The notes under the pieces: model-generated
Databases searched by the model: none
What the model was told of the DNA's origin: nothing
What the model saw: only the letters and a program-made list of their open reading frames with translations
Source: Adineta vaga
Lineage: Eukaryota; Animalia; Rotifera
Assembly (NCBI GenBank): GCA_021613535.1
Contig: CP075496.1
Coordinates: 1,736,001 to 1,800,000 of the forward strand
Direction of reading: 5' to 3'
Length of the DNA stretch: 64,000 nt
Shown: one piece after another, positions 31,138-44,438 of the stretch
Position numbering within the stretch: the stretch's first letter is position 1
Layout of the letters: each line of letters opens with the position of its first letter
Translations under genes and position numbers: made by a program

Positions 31138-32621
31138 AGTATAATTACCGTTGTTATGATTCCAATTAAGAAATAAACGTTCTCCTATAGTAACAAAAAA
31201 GCAACAACAATAGAGATGAATGTAAATTTCTACTTATATAGTGAGAAAAAGAGAATGAATGGAGCAAAGTTCTCGTTTAGATTTGTTTTCACAAAAGATA
31301 GGCTTGTTTATCAAGTGCAAAATAATATCTATTCGTCAGAATGACTAAAGCAAAAATAGAAAGGTAGAGAAAATGGTTTTTGCTCCATATCGATTTAAAG
31401 GCTATGAATCTACGCGTATCTTTCTTTGACAATGACGGCAAATATTTAATTTTAAATAAGCTAGTCGGCGGATAGAGATGCTTTTTCTTCTCTATCAAGA
31501 GTACAGAACGCAAAAATATGATAAAAAAAAAGAACGCATAACGTTTTTAAATGACAACTCTTTTCTTTCACATGTCGAATTCCCATATTAATATCTCATT
31601 GTCAAGGACATTGAAAATCGAATAACAATATAATTACATTTTATCATTGTTTATTCTTTTTAAAGTTTCTTCAAGAAAAACATCGTTTGTTTTTTCTTCT
31701 TTATTGTTATGAAAGTAAAAAATAATAACTGTCGTTAGTATCTTTTCTCCTTTTATATGAAGATAAAACCATGAATAGAAGAGGTGTGGTAGGATTGTAA
31801 ACTTAGCGAAAGAAAAATAATTTACTGTTTGAACTAATTGATAGCTTCATTGTACGTTGAAATAACAACCATGATAGATATGGATGAAGCTGAAGATGAG
31901 TTTTAACCAACATTATATCGATCGAATTGATTCTGTCGATAATGAAAAAAAGAAGTGAAGAAGGTCGATTCTATGTCCACTGAATCTTTACGTAATATAG
32001 AAGAAAGAAAAAAGAATGAACAAATGTCTTTCTTTTCGCTTTTTTTTCGCTTTTTCTCTTTCTCTCTCACTCTTGAATATGATTTCGATAGGTTGGAATA
32101 TCTGCGGAAAAAAAATTGCGTTTACTTTCTAATATTATCGAACTTGAAATAAGAAATTATATCAATAGTTTTTGTCTACGTCGCTTTTTTTTCTAGTCCT
32201 AATCATGAAGAAGAAGAACAATTAATACTAAATATAATAAAAAAACAAGGTGTGTCTGGTCTGTATTGACTTTCTCTCAAGCTATGATTCATATCCAATT
32301 CTGTATCAGTATATCTATTTTAATCATAAAATCGAACATAGACTCTACTTAAAGGAAAAATACCTGGTTGACTTCATGTTTTTTTGCTTGATATTAATAT
32401 TTTATATATAAGTCATCTGCATGAAAGTAAGAATCGAATGTCACATCATCTTTTCTAGGCTTCAAATTTCTTTCATGTTTGCAATAATAATTGAGTAACA
32501 TCATGAGGTAAGGGTGAGTGTGAATGTTGATAAAGATATAGTTGGAATATAACTACCCTAATTTTTATCTAAATCCTTGAGAATCAATCTTCTCTCTTTA
32601 TTTATATAAAATTCAATTATT

Positions 32622-33602
32622 TTATGCGACACGATGAAATTTAAAACGATGATTTACTGTTTTATCATTTTCACCAAGTGAAACAACAATTCTCTTTCCT
32701 AAAACTTGTAATCGTTTTGCCCTTGAATAACACGGTCGTATATAGAATAGATTATAATTATCAATTTTTTCCAAAGTAAATCGTTTACATAACTGATTTG
32801 ATTGTTTTCGACGTGTCGAAAGAATTGATGATGGTATCCAATGTTCTTCGCTTTCATAACATTTCAAAACTGTCCATGGACATCGTGTATGTTGAGTGAA
32901 AAATTCATATTCAAGAAAAGATTGTTTGATTAAGAAAATACTTTCACGTAGAAGTTTATTTGACATGACACATAAATCATCTTTACTATCGATTAACCAA
33001 CCTTCAGTTGAAAGACATTCGATCATATAGAAACCATCTGGAAGATAACTACTTTGAGAATATTGTTTTAAAAGTGAAAGATCATTCATCGAAGACAAAT
33101 TTAATACAAGTGATGATGATGGAATTGAAAATTTTTGAAATTGTTCTTCTCCAGATTTGTTTAATAAACGATGACTAATGTGTTCACCGATGATTTGATT
33201 ATTAAATATTAATATTAATGAAATCAATTGATAATGAAGAAATTCAGCGATATACAAACGAATATCATCTTCTTTCGAATAACAATGGATATTTAATACT
33301 TTTAAATAAGGACAATAAGTTTTTATTGATTGAATGTATGTTGATAATCGGTAAGGATGACCAATTGATAGATGAGAAAGATTAAAACCAATTATTGGTA
33401 TAATTTTGTATAAACAATATTGAAATATTGTATTGTCATTCGTTTTTATTAACTGAAATTTTCGTCGAAGGAAATATTCGACAATAAAAGAGAAATCATT
33501 CGTCAATTCAAAGAATGAATAAATTACATGTTCTTTATGAAGATATTGAAAAATTGAATAAATTATTTCAGTTGGTAAATCAATCAACGATTGTTTTGTC
33601 AT
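32622..33602 (-). CDS. Intronless F-box protein with a possible beta-trefoil-like C-terminal domain
   Basis: N-terminal LIDLPTEIIYSIFQYL F-box-like motif in a 326-aa open frame. The C-terminal domain call is pattern-based only. Confidence 0.65.
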   Translation of the reverse strand: MTKQSLIDLPTEIIYSIFQYLHKEHVIYSFFELTNDFSFIVEYFLRRKFQLIKTNDNTIFQYCLYKIIPIIGFNLSHLSIGHPYRLSTYIQSIKTYCPYLKVLNIHCYSKEDDIRLYIAEFLHYQLISLILIFNNQIIGEHISHRLLNKSGEEQFQKFSIPSSSLVLNLSSMNDLSLLKQYSQSSYLPDGFYMIECLSTEGWLIDSKDDLCVMSNKLLRESIFLIKQSFLEYEFFTQHTRCPWTVLKCYESEEHWIPSSILSTRRKQSNQLCKRFTLEKIDNYNLFYIRPCYSRAKRLQVLGKRIVVSLGENDKTVNHRFKFHRVA

Positions 33603-33634
33603 TTAAAATAAGAATAACACCAAAGGACGATGAA

Positions 33635-33636
<2 letters not shown>

Positions 33637-33665
<29 letters not shown>
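33637..33665. repeat. (TA)n microsatellite
   Basis: Run of tatata... directly upstream of the F-box gene. Confidence 0.9.
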
Positions 33666-33669
<4 letters not shown>

Positions 33670-34219
33670 CATAGGGTAAAGAACAAAGATAAATATGGTT
33701 TTGTTAAAAGTACTTATATCTTTCTTTTCATGTTGAGATGAATTTTAGTTAGAATATCTAAGAAATGAAGAGAATACTTAGGAAATATGTTTTTTTTTCT
33801 TGTCTTTGTTTGTGATAAGAAACAGGAGGAAAATGCTTTCTGTCAAAAAGGAAATTAAAGAATACAAATAAATATTTAAATATTTATTAATGTATAACAA
33901 TCATTTACGAAAAAAGAACAGTTTGATATAAAGAATTGAAGGATTAACATTTGAGAACTCTTTTTTCTTTTTATTTCATAAATGAAAATAGTAGTTCGAT
34001 AAATTTTTGTTTTATTATCTTTGAATTTGCTTTATAGACTTTATAAAAAAACAATACTTTTTGTCTTTATCAGTTTTTATATTGTTTCTTTCTAATCGAT
34101 TGATCTTTAACCCTCTAAAGAGATTTCTTTCATAAAGAAAAAGAGTATAAAAAACATACATAAATTTCATTCGATATCGTTCGTAGACAGATACTTTCAT
34201 TGATAAAAAATATTCACTA

Positions 34220-34803
34220 ATGGCAAGCAATAGTTGTGATGGATTGAAAGGTACTTGGGATTATGTATGTAGGAGATATTTGGTATTTTATTTAATGAAT
34301 GTCTTACGATTTATAATCATAGGTAGATGGAGAGAACTTTGATGATTATATGAAAGAACTTGGTGTCGGAATGGCGATACGTTTAGCAGCGAAAGGAGTT
34401 AAACCTCGTCTTGTAATTACCGAAAATGGTGGCAAATGGAATGTACGATCGGAAAGTTCTTTGAAAACAACATCCTATGATTTTACACCTGGTGTTGAAT
34501 TCAATGAAACAACACCTGATGGACGAGAAGTTAAAGTATGATAACAATTTCTGTCATGATTGATTCGTTAGATTGATTTGTTTTTGTCTAGTCCACCATT
34601 AAATTCGAAGGAAACAAATGGGTTCATACATCAATCGATAAAAATGGAAAGAAATCCCTTGTAACACGTTATATCGATGATAAAGGTCAACAAATGATCG
34701 TAAGATAGTTCGAATAGTGTTTAGTCTAGGAAATGATTTGATTTAATTGTAGGATATGGAATGTGGTTCTGTCAAAGCTCGTCGTTGGTACAAACGTGTC
34801 TAA
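34220..34803 (+). CDS. Fatty acid-binding protein (FABP/iLBP), tandem copy 1, 4 exons
   Basis: GTWDY|VDGENFDDYMKELGVG...FTPGVEFNETTPDGREVK|...ARRWYKRV*. Confidence 0.92.
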
Positions 34804-35504
34804 TAAAATATTTATCTAACAAATGCAAACAATGATTATTTATAACTAGAGTTCAACTAAAGAACAATATCTATATTTTTCATTTTTATTCGATAATAGA
34901 TCAATGAAAAACATTACTTTAGTATTCATTTTACGAGACAATAAATATTTATCATCAGTTTTATAACAATGATTTTAGACGCATTTTTATCAGAATCAAA
35001 CATTGTCATCGAAGTTGACATATTTTATTTGAATTAGTACGATCATAATTTCAAGTACACATGCTTATATAGTAACCTTTAATGTTTGAGTATATTTAGG
35101 CTCTGATAAATTGACAGAAAACAGATATCAACAGTAATATACTTAGAATTTTTGAATATAACAGAAAACATTTCCTTGTTTTCTATTATAAATATATCTG
35201 TAAAAGCAAGATCTAATCATAAATGTAAATGAATTTCTCTATAAAAACAAGACACAATAGCGTCGTAAACACTCATTTAACGATATATTTTTTCTTCCTC
35301 ACCGTCTATTCATCAATAGAACTGACGAGTCTTTAGGCTAACCCATTATCTAACGCACATTTACTGTTGGTTTTTAACCAATTAAAATACTTGTTCTTCT
35401 TCTTTTTTTCTTATCGTCTTTATTCTTAGTCTTTCTTTCTTCATTTTATCTCGAAAGACTTTAGTCTTTTGTAATTACTCATTTGTTTCAATTCTGTCAC
35501 AGAT

Positions 35505-36087
35505 ATGACTAGTAGCGGTATTCAAGCGTTGAAAGGCACTTGGGATTATGTATGTACTAACATGATTTCTACTGCATTATATAGGACTTTCTTGAACTTA
35601 TAGGTTGATAGTGAGAATATTGATGAGTTTATGAAAGAACTTGGTGTTGGTTGGGCAATGCGTATGGCAGCTAAAGGTGTTAAACCACGTCTTATTATTA
35701 GTGAAAATAATGGCAAATGGAATATAAAATCTGAAAGTACATTCAAAAATATTTCATATGATTTTACACCTGGTGTTGAATTCAATGAAACTACACCGGA
35801 TGGTCGTGAAGTAACAGTAGGAACAATTTTGTTGATAATTTCAACTGTCTTGACTTTTGAAAAGAATTCATTTTTAGACAATTATCAATTTTGAAGATGA
35901 TAAATGGGTAAACATTAGTGTTGATAAGAGTGGAAAGAAATCTGTGATAAAACGTTATGTTGATGATAAAGATCAACAAATAATTGTAAGTATTTTTCTC
36001 TTTAAACAATATCTTCAATGTTTCTATGTCTAGGAAATGGAATGTGGTTTAGTAAAAGCTCGTCGTTGGTATAAACGTACGCAATAG
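35505..36087 (+). CDS. Fatty acid-binding protein, tandem copy 2, 4 exons
   Basis: GTWDY|VDSENIDEFMKELGVG...ETTPDGREVT|...ARRWYKRTQ*. Intron positions match copy 1. Confidence 0.92.
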
Positions 36088-37936
36088 ATGAATCATATTA
36101 TACAAACAGGATTAATGAACTAGATTAACTTGTTTTAATATATGATTTCTTTTCTGAATCTCGTCTATTTGATTAAAAGAGTATATGAACAAATTTTTTA
36201 AATTCATTTAAACTTTTCAATAAAATAATTTACAATGAATGTTCCTTAACAAATTTTATGCGGACTGTCTTCTAGTAGCCTAATCAACTTTACTGTTGAA
36301 TTTGAGAAAATGATAATTGATGTCTTCAGATACATAGAGATCTTAGAGTCCTTTTTTGCGACATCAGAATTATATGGTTAGTTACCACAACGATCTGCAG
36401 ACTTAGAAAAATTATATCTCATGTCTACAGAATTACAAAGAATCTCAAGGAGTCTTGTTCAAATTCTTACAGATTTAATTGTTAGTGTTAAAAATAATAT
36501 TCCATTACTGCTAACTTTTCTCTTTTGTTGTCTTATGTTTCTGTTTCAGAGACCTTGCACGTATTTCCATATAGTATCTCAATATCAACTAATCTGGCTT
36601 AGCGCTACCTTTGTTAGCTATTGTGATGTAAATGCAGTTACGTGTAATGGCGGCGTAGTTGTTAACAATTCGCACGTTTATTCTTGATCGAAGGTTTAGG
36701 CTTGAGGTGGTCTGAAAATATCGTACTTTCTTATGATATTTTGGCCTTTATACTCGATATTGATAAATTATACGCACCATCCGAAAACAAAATCAAAGTG
36801 AAAAATAATTGATAATTATCCTTTCAAACCCTTGATTCATTTTATTTCATAGTAATTTCTTTTTTTTTCATGTGTTTTATCGAAATCTGATATATTTGCT
36901 TTTCCATTATACATTTTTCTCTTCTTATTGACTAGATATAAGTAAATCGCTCGGATCTCAATGAAAAACACGAATGTATACTTCATCAAGCAATATTCAA
37001 TTCTATTAGAACTAAATAGGTTATTTTTGACGACGTAATATAAAGTCGAGGCAAACTTTCTTTCTCGTTGTAAATATATGGGACAATATGTGTATGACAT
37101 TTTTAATTCTTGAGTATGAAAAGCATCGATCAACATTACTTTTAAAGAAAAAATGATTGAAACTTTCATGTTTTTTTGTGCATGCCTTGTCATATCAGAT
37201 TACTTAAGAGGTACGATGAAAATAGGTGATATCGTATAATCTTTGGTAAATGATTTATAGTAAGAAAATATTTATATTTCTTTTCATTTATTAAATACAC
37301 TATAACGTTGCTCGTAAAACAAAGAATTCTTCACACTTTGCTTTCGTTACTATCAATCTCAATTGTATTATTACTCAATTTTTATCTCTGATATCTATTC
37401 GAATTCTTTGTTTATATCATAGATGAAAAGTAATCATTCTTATGATAAAAACAGTATAAATAGAAGAGATATTTTTCGACTTAATTGTTCTTGTTCTATC
37501 ATAAGTAAGATGACGTACATCTCTTCAATTCTTTCTTTTAAACTATATCTCTACACTCGATAAAATGCTGAAGTTGCATCGTATCTATTTATTATTAACG
37601 ATTTGCTTTTGTTCGTTCGTTCTTTCTTCTTCTTCTTCTTTTTCGTTTGACGAAACAATACTAAGACATGGTTATATCATTTTTGAAGAATCTATTACGT
37701 GTTGTTCTTTTTTAACCAATTGAAATATTAGTTCTCTCATTTTTACTCTTATCAACTATCTTTCTTGCTTCTTATTTTTTTTCTCTCCTACTACTTCGTA
37801 TATTTGGACAACCTTCGGCCTTCTTCAAAAAAATTATTCATCTAGTTAAATGATATAAAAACGTTGACAAAATCTTCTTTTAGATTCGATTTGTTTCTTT
37901 ATATCATCATTTTTTCTAACCGAAAAACATACGAAT

Positions 37937-38513
37937 ATGGCTAGTGTTGAAGGACTCAAAGGACGTTGGGATTATGTATGTACGAAATAGATTCGTATTT
38001 CAAATACAAAATTCATTATAATTTAGGTTGATGGAGAAAATTTCGATAATTATATGAAAGAAATTGGTGTTGGAATGGCTACACGTATGTTAGCTAAAGG
38101 TTTAAAACCTAGTATTGTTATTAGTGAAAATGGTGGTAAATGGACTGTTCAATCGGAAAGTACATTGAAAAATGTTTCATATGAATTTACACCTAGTGTT
38201 GAATTCAATGAAACAACACCCGATGGACGTGAAGTTAAAGTATGAAGAGATTGAATTTAGATTTTTAATTCTTTCCTATTTCGTTTTTCCCATTAGTCAA
38301 CCATCAATTTTGAAGGAGACAAATGGGTTCACACATCAGTTGATAAAAGTGGAAAGAAATCCGTTGTAACACGTTATATCGATGATAAAGGTCAACAAAT
38401 GATCGTAAGATAGTTCGAATAGTGTTTAGTCTAGGAAAAAAATTTCGATTTAATTTTAGGATATGGAATGTGGTTCAGTTAAAGCTCGTCGTTGGTATAA
38501 ACGTGCTGAATAA
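37937..38513 (+). CDS. Fatty acid-binding protein, tandem copy 3, 4 exons
   Basis: GRWDY|VDGENFDNYMKEIGVG...ETTPDGREVK|...ARRWYKRAE*. Confidence 0.92.
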
Positions 38514-38941
38514 ACATGTTTGAAAAAGTTAACTTCAATGAACGTTTCATACATCCTTAGTTCTATTCTTTTCAATAATTGATTTCTGTATTAATAAAAA
38601 AAAACCTCATATGAAAATAAAACAACAATCTTTTGTTTTTTGTTTGGGAAAAAATCTGTATTTGATAACAGTGCGAAGTACGTTCTAGTAAAAACTCAAG
38701 TCGAACGAAGAGTTTTTTTTTTCGTTGATTATCTATCCAGGGATGTTTTGATACTTTGTTTTTTTCATCGTTCTGAAACAAAAGATAGAAGTTATTCGAT
38801 TAACAAATAGAACAACTGATATATCTGTCGTTATCTATTTCAAATAGATGCTGTTTTGGAAATATACAATCTGACAAATTCAAGATAAAACAAACAAAAT
38901 CACAGATAAAAGATAAACTTTGATAGAATTTATGATTTGGA

Positions 38942-39974
38942 TTAGTTATCTTGAATATTCGATAAGATTTGTTTAGCAATCTGTTGTAGCTGAGATTGTT
39001 CGATGATATTTTCATTATACAAGTTTTTCCAATGATGATTTTGTTTAGCTAAACTTTGCAGTTCAGATTGATAATCAAGTGTTAAACGTTGTAAACGAAT
39101 ACGTTCTTTTACTATTTGTTCCCATTCAGTTTTTAATGAAGCAATTAATTGTTCATGTTCATTTTCTAATTGATTAGACCGATCTACATATATCAATCGA
39201 AGTTGAGTCATATGTTCATTTATATTCAATGTTAAAGTAGGTGAAATAAAATGACTAGACGGAAGATCACAATTTCCAATATTCGTTATGAATGGTGATG
39301 AAAGTTTTGCACTGATTGGTCGAGATCTAAATTTAGAAAAGAAAATGATCATAAGAAAAGAGAAATATATTTCGAAATTACCTTTGTTGATATTGAACTC
39401 GACGACGTGCGATTTGTTCATCCGGACATTTTTCGATTTCAACTAGTTGATTTCGAATACGATGAGGTCGAGATAAACAACAAATATCAACAGGATCATA
39501 ATCATCAAATTCGATCAGTAACGTTTTATCATCAAATCTTTCAAAACGTAAAATTTGTCTAATAAATGATTTGAAATAATCCAGAATGATATTATCTTTC
39601 GGTAAAAATTCGTGATGATTTTCTCGAGGAATACGAAGAAGAATTTTATTAGTAATTATTTGTGCTTCATAAGGATACCGGCGAGTTATAGGTAAACAAC
39701 GATGAATAAACAATTGATAATCATTGAGAAAAAATGGACGTTGTGACATAATTTCATCGATACTTACGCGTTTTTCGTATATCAAAATGATAAATGGATT
39801 AGGTAAGATTGAAGGAGCATTTTTTACTATTCGACGTTTGAGATGTACTTTGATAATTTTACCAAATTGATCAAATAAATTAGTGACTTGTTTAACATTA
39901 ACATCTGTTGGTAAATTAGAAATATGAATTTGATTTTGAAATTCTTCGAAAGATTGATCGATATAAGCTGGCAT
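38942..39974 (-). CDS. Protein with two divergent RRM domains and a C-terminal coiled coil, two exons
   Basis: RNP2-like QIHISNLP, LFDQFGKI, and LIEFDDYDPVD (hnRNP A1-like FDDYDPVD) followed by RPH. An intron at ~39327-39381 joins to a heptad-rich C-terminus. Confidence 0.75.
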
Positions 39975-40273
39975 TGAAATAAATCTAAAATGAAGAAGAA
40001 TACTTGATCGGTGTAGAAACGAATTTATCTATGTGTTCTATGCACACGTACATCAGATGATAAATTTATTTCGTTTTTCACATTTTCTTTTCGTTTATAA
40101 AAGTGATCGTAGATAATCAGTTGAAATTCTTCTATTTTTGACTTATTTTATATTTGTATAGAAGAAATAATGTTCGAAAACAAAAAAAATGAATAGCGAA
40201 TTTTTAGAGATTTATTTGAACGATAATAAATAAGAATATTTAAATGAAAAGATAAAGAAATAACGGAATTAAA

Positions 40274-43200
40274 TCACAGTTTTAATGCCCGTACATCATC
40301 ACTACGGAAGTCCGTTCTAAATAGAAGTAAATTATATTATTAATTGTAAGAAATATAGATATATTTTTACCTTAAACCAAGAATTTGTCGCACTTCCGAT
40401 GGTGTCAAACGCCAGGTAATCTTTCCGGATGTTGGATCCCAATAATCATTAATTTCCTTCAACTAAAACCACAAAAATCATCGATAAAAACATTTCTTTC
40501 TCATTTAAATTTACTTTTTCAAGTGTAAGTAATGTTGCAAATTGTGTCAGACGTTGAAATTTATCACGAATCGGAAGACTTGTTGCATTTGTTAAATATG
40601 TCATTAATGATCGAACTTCTTTATCGAATTGAAGACCTCCTAACTAAAACCATTCAAACAATAAGATAGTATTGATCAAATAATATGATCAATTAAACAT
40701 ACTCGATTAAATCCACATTTAAACAAAACTTTTTCCCAAATCGTCACAATCTCATTTGTTGACGCACTGATTAATCGATCAAAATTTCCTGAACTAATTG
40801 TAGTCTAAAACAAATGTTTAACATTATAGTATCATATATAAAAGCATCGAAAATGAATTACTTTAAATGGAGCAAATAATTGATCAATTTGTAGAATAAA
40901 ATTTTGTATAAATGGATCATTAGCTTCATATTGAGAAAATTCATCCTGAAAAATGAAGTTTTAATTAGAACAAAAAATATTGTCTCATTTTCGGTAATTA
41001 TGTTTTTCGTCGATTAAAGAATCCAGCAGAAAGGTCAAAGAAAAACTAGATATACCCCGAACCGAAACTGTTTGGGTGAGGGTGAAGATGTCAAGATTCA
41101 AACGATTATACTCTTGATACACATACATTCATACTCTGACCCACACCCTGTTTTTCTCACCTCAGATAATTTATGATTAATGGTTATATAAGCATCCATT
41201 AATGTCTTAATTCGTGGTTTAATCGCACTTGTACATAATTGTTGACAAGCAAATTCAATTAAATCTTTAAAACGATTTGCTATTGAATTAAATTCATTCA
41301 AACAAGTCTAGATGAATCAAAAGAAAATCATTGATTAAATAATTAAATTAAAAAAATTCTTACATCTAATTTCGTTTTACTATGTTCATTTAATAATAAA
41401 CTCTTTTTTAATTCTTCATCTAATAAGTTTTTCAATGTATGTAAATTTCCATAAGTTATTTCCACATTATCAAATGTTGATAAAAATGTTTGTTTTAATT
41501 TGTCAATATCACTACCTTGTAATTTACCTAATTGAATACTTGATTGAATAACTGTATATGCTTGAGATAAATCAAAGCCAGATGGATAACCAGATTTTAA
41601 TCGTGTATATAATTGTTCACGATAAACAGAATCAAGAATACTAACAGCATGATTTAACATCGCACAAATACCTTCTATATTCGAACTAGATGCTGAACGT
41701 CTAAATAAAATCAAGAAATAGACAGTTTTTTTTTCTGAATGTTTCAGTTAGATATAGTTTGATTAGCTCTAGAAGTCAGTTGAAGACTAGAATTCGAATT
41801 GATCTATAATCTTAATAACTTTCATCCTCCAAAAAACTGATATTTACTTGAGACATTTTCGTAGAATGAAAAATACATCATCAACCATATTAGACGAATC
41901 ATTTAGAATGGCTTTATAAATACTTTCACGCATGAAATAATCTTCGATTGTAATATACTGATTAATAAATGCATGTAATATTCGACTTAAACCAGATTGA
42001 TTAAGAAATCTTTCAATTTCTTTTAATTGCTGTAAACAATCGTCGGTTTTCGTGTTATCAACCAATGGAAAAGCGACTTCACAATCGGCATTTAATCGAC
42101 GACGAATAAAACGTAAATATGTTTCACAAGTTGCATTAATCAATGTAATTTCACCAAGAAATTCATCTAATTCTCGTGGATCAATCTTATCCGATGATGG
42201 TAAAGTTGTTTGTGTTAAACTTGTTGATGTATTCGAAAGTACTTGTTGTGTTAACGATGATGAATGTTGAATTCGACGATAGATCGTTTCAAATTGACGT
42301 TTAGATTTAAATGAACTAATTGCATGTTCAACTTGTACATCACATGCAGGTTGAAGCATAGAAACAAAGATAAATAGTTTTCCTGGACCTAATTAAATAT
42401 CGAAGAAGAGAAATATATCGTTGACATAACAAAAAAATTCTTTTTACCATAAAATGATTCAACAAGTGGTTGAAAAGTATCGATTTTTTCTGCAACATAA
42501 TCTAATAAACTTCTTAAATGATCTGCATAAAGAACAGGATAACGTTTGTTATTAAATGGTATTTCTGAAGTTTTTCTTAAGGATTCTTCTCCATAATCAT
42601 GAATTTCTGATGACAGATGTTTACAAAATTTTTCTAAACCAACTCGATCAAGTTTTAACAATGGAAAGATTTTAAAGTAACGCATAGCTTCGGGCAAATG
42701 ACCATTTTCAATGGCTTCATCAAATTTAATATTTACAATTACTTTTAATTTCTTCTCTGCGTCTTCAAGAGAACGTAATGCATGATGAAGACTACTTCCT
42801 GCAAAATCAATTTCTAAAATCAATTAAAAAAAAGTGAAGAAAAACGAACCTTCAGCTGGATCACTACTTAATTGAAGTGAAGCAGGATCAATATTTAAAT
42901 ATCGATGAATATGAGCAGCAGCCTGAGATAAGAAAATTTGCTATCGAAGTTTATTGATATGAATAGTGACTTACTTGTTCGTATTCTTCATCTTCTAGAG
43001 CTTTTTTAACTCCATCTGTACATTTTTTCAGATCAATTATATCATTTGCTCGTCGAAGACAAGCAACGACATGTCTCTAAATGATTTTGATTTGTATAAA
43101 ATTTGAAAATTTTCTTTTATTTACTTTTGTCACATCTAATTCTCGAACTTTTTTACTAATATTATCTGCTAATGCTGCGGTAAATGTAATTGTATTCGAT

Positions 43201-43496
43201 AGATTATGAGCATCTTGTGTAATTATTTGTAATGCTGGTCTAAATAAAAAAAACGTTTTCAATAGAAAGTTTCACCAATCTAGTATCTAAATCTACAAAC
43301 GCTAGATTTTTAATTGTAGTTATTTGTTTTTCAATTGAATCTTGATTGGAAAGTAAAACTGATAGTTCATCATTTAAAACTTTCTTCAATTAAACAAGAA
43401 AATCGATTTCTTTTTCAAATGAAATACAATTGATCTTACTTCACGTTTGTTCAATGTTTCTAATTCTTTTTCTAATTGATTAAAATCTGCCAACAT
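40274..43496 (-). CDS. COG4: Conserved oligomeric Golgi complex subunit 4, multi-exon
   Basis: [60 protein letters not shown] and [17 protein letters not shown]. Confidence 0.92.
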
Positions 43497-43596
43497 TTTA
43501 TGTATGTATTCAAAAAGAATAAATGAATTTAAACATGACTGACACGTTTCATACATTTTTTTTCTTTTTTCACAGATTTTTTATTGGTTTGACTTT

Positions 43597-43630
43597 AACC
43601 AATGAAAGTATAGCATTACTTTCATTGGTT
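43597..43630. promoter_or_regulatory. Perfect 14-bp inverted repeat carrying two opposed CCAAT boxes in the COG4/GATD3 bidirectional promoter
   Basis: AACCAATGAAAGTA-tagcat-TACTTTCATTGGTT lies in the ~190-bp gap between divergent ATGs. Confidence 0.6.
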
Positions 43631-43688
43631 TTCTTAGATTATTTCTATCTATATTCATCTATTTATTTATTATAACGGAACTTTCGCA

Positions 43689-44438
43689 ATGCTTCGAACG
43701 ACATTTAGACATCTTTCATCCAAACCAAGTTCATTAAGAAATGTAGCTGTTGTTCTCAGTGGTTGTGGAGTTTATGATGGAACTGAAATTCATGAAGCAT
43801 CGGCTTGTTTAGTTCATTTAAGTCGTCATAATGCATCTGTTCATATGTTTGCACCGAATAATGTACAAAAACATGTGATTAATCATTTAACTGGTGAACC
43901 AATGCCTGAAACACGAAATATTCTGGTTGAAAGTGCTCGAATTGCACGTGGTGGACAGAATATTTCATCTTTAGATAAACTTCAAGTTAATCAATTTCAA
44001 GCCATTGTTCTTCCGGGTGGTTTTGGTGCAGCGAAAAATCTTTCAACATTTGCTTTTGACGGAGAAAATATGACTGTTAATGAACAATTAGAAAAAATCT
44101 TAAAAGATTTTCTTCGTAGTCGAAAACCAATTGGTATGTGTTGTATTTCACCTGTTATTGCAGCAAAATTAATTCCTGGTGTTCAATTAACCTTGGGTAA
44201 AATGAAGAATTTGACTGATAATGAAACGAAAAATGTCTTTCCCTATTCGGGCGCGGTGATGAGTGCTAGACAAATGGGTGCTGAAACACAAGAATGTGAT
44301 ATCAATGAAATATGTGTTGATAATCATCATCGGCTTGTTACAACACCAGCATTTATGAAAAATGCACCATTTCATGAAGTTTTTGATGGTGTTGGACTTA
44401 TGATTGAAAAAGTTGTTGAGATGATTGGAAAGAAATAG
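43689..44438 (+). CDS. GATD3: ES1/GATD3 (ElbB-like, DJ-1/PfpI superfamily) mitochondrial protein, intronless
   Basis: VAVVLSGCGVYDGTEIHEA, RNILVESARIARG, PGGFGAAKNLS, KPIGMCCISP and TTPAFM. Basic N-terminal transit-like peptide. Confidence 0.93.
   Translation: MLRTTFRHLSSKPSSLRNVAVVLSGCGVYDGTEIHEASACLVHLSRHNASVHMFAPNNVQKHVINHLTGEPMPETRNILVESARIARGGQNISSLDKLQVNQFQAIVLPGGFGAAKNLSTFAFDGENMTVNEQLEKILKDFLRSRKPIGMCCISPVIAAKLIPGVQLTLGKMKNLTDNETKNVFPYSGAVMSARQMGAETQECDINEICVDNHHRLVTTPAFMKNAPFHEVFDGVGLMIEKVVEMIGKK

Noticed and set aside
36240-37250. Short ORFs and weak inverted repeats between FABP copies 2 and 3
   Set aside because: No recognisable motifs, and TIR/TSD boundaries could not be defined convincingly by eye.
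40948-41160. Enlarged introns in COG4 (also in PRPF6 and malic enzyme) as inserted elements
   Set aside because: They are longer than typical and partly GC-richer, but no clear TIRs or TSDs were found, so the call is unsupported without a repeat library.
43689-44438. GATD3/ElbB as a bacterial horizontal transfer
   Set aside because: ES1/GATD3 is widespread in animals and this copy has a transit-like peptide. Being intronless is not sufficient evidence.
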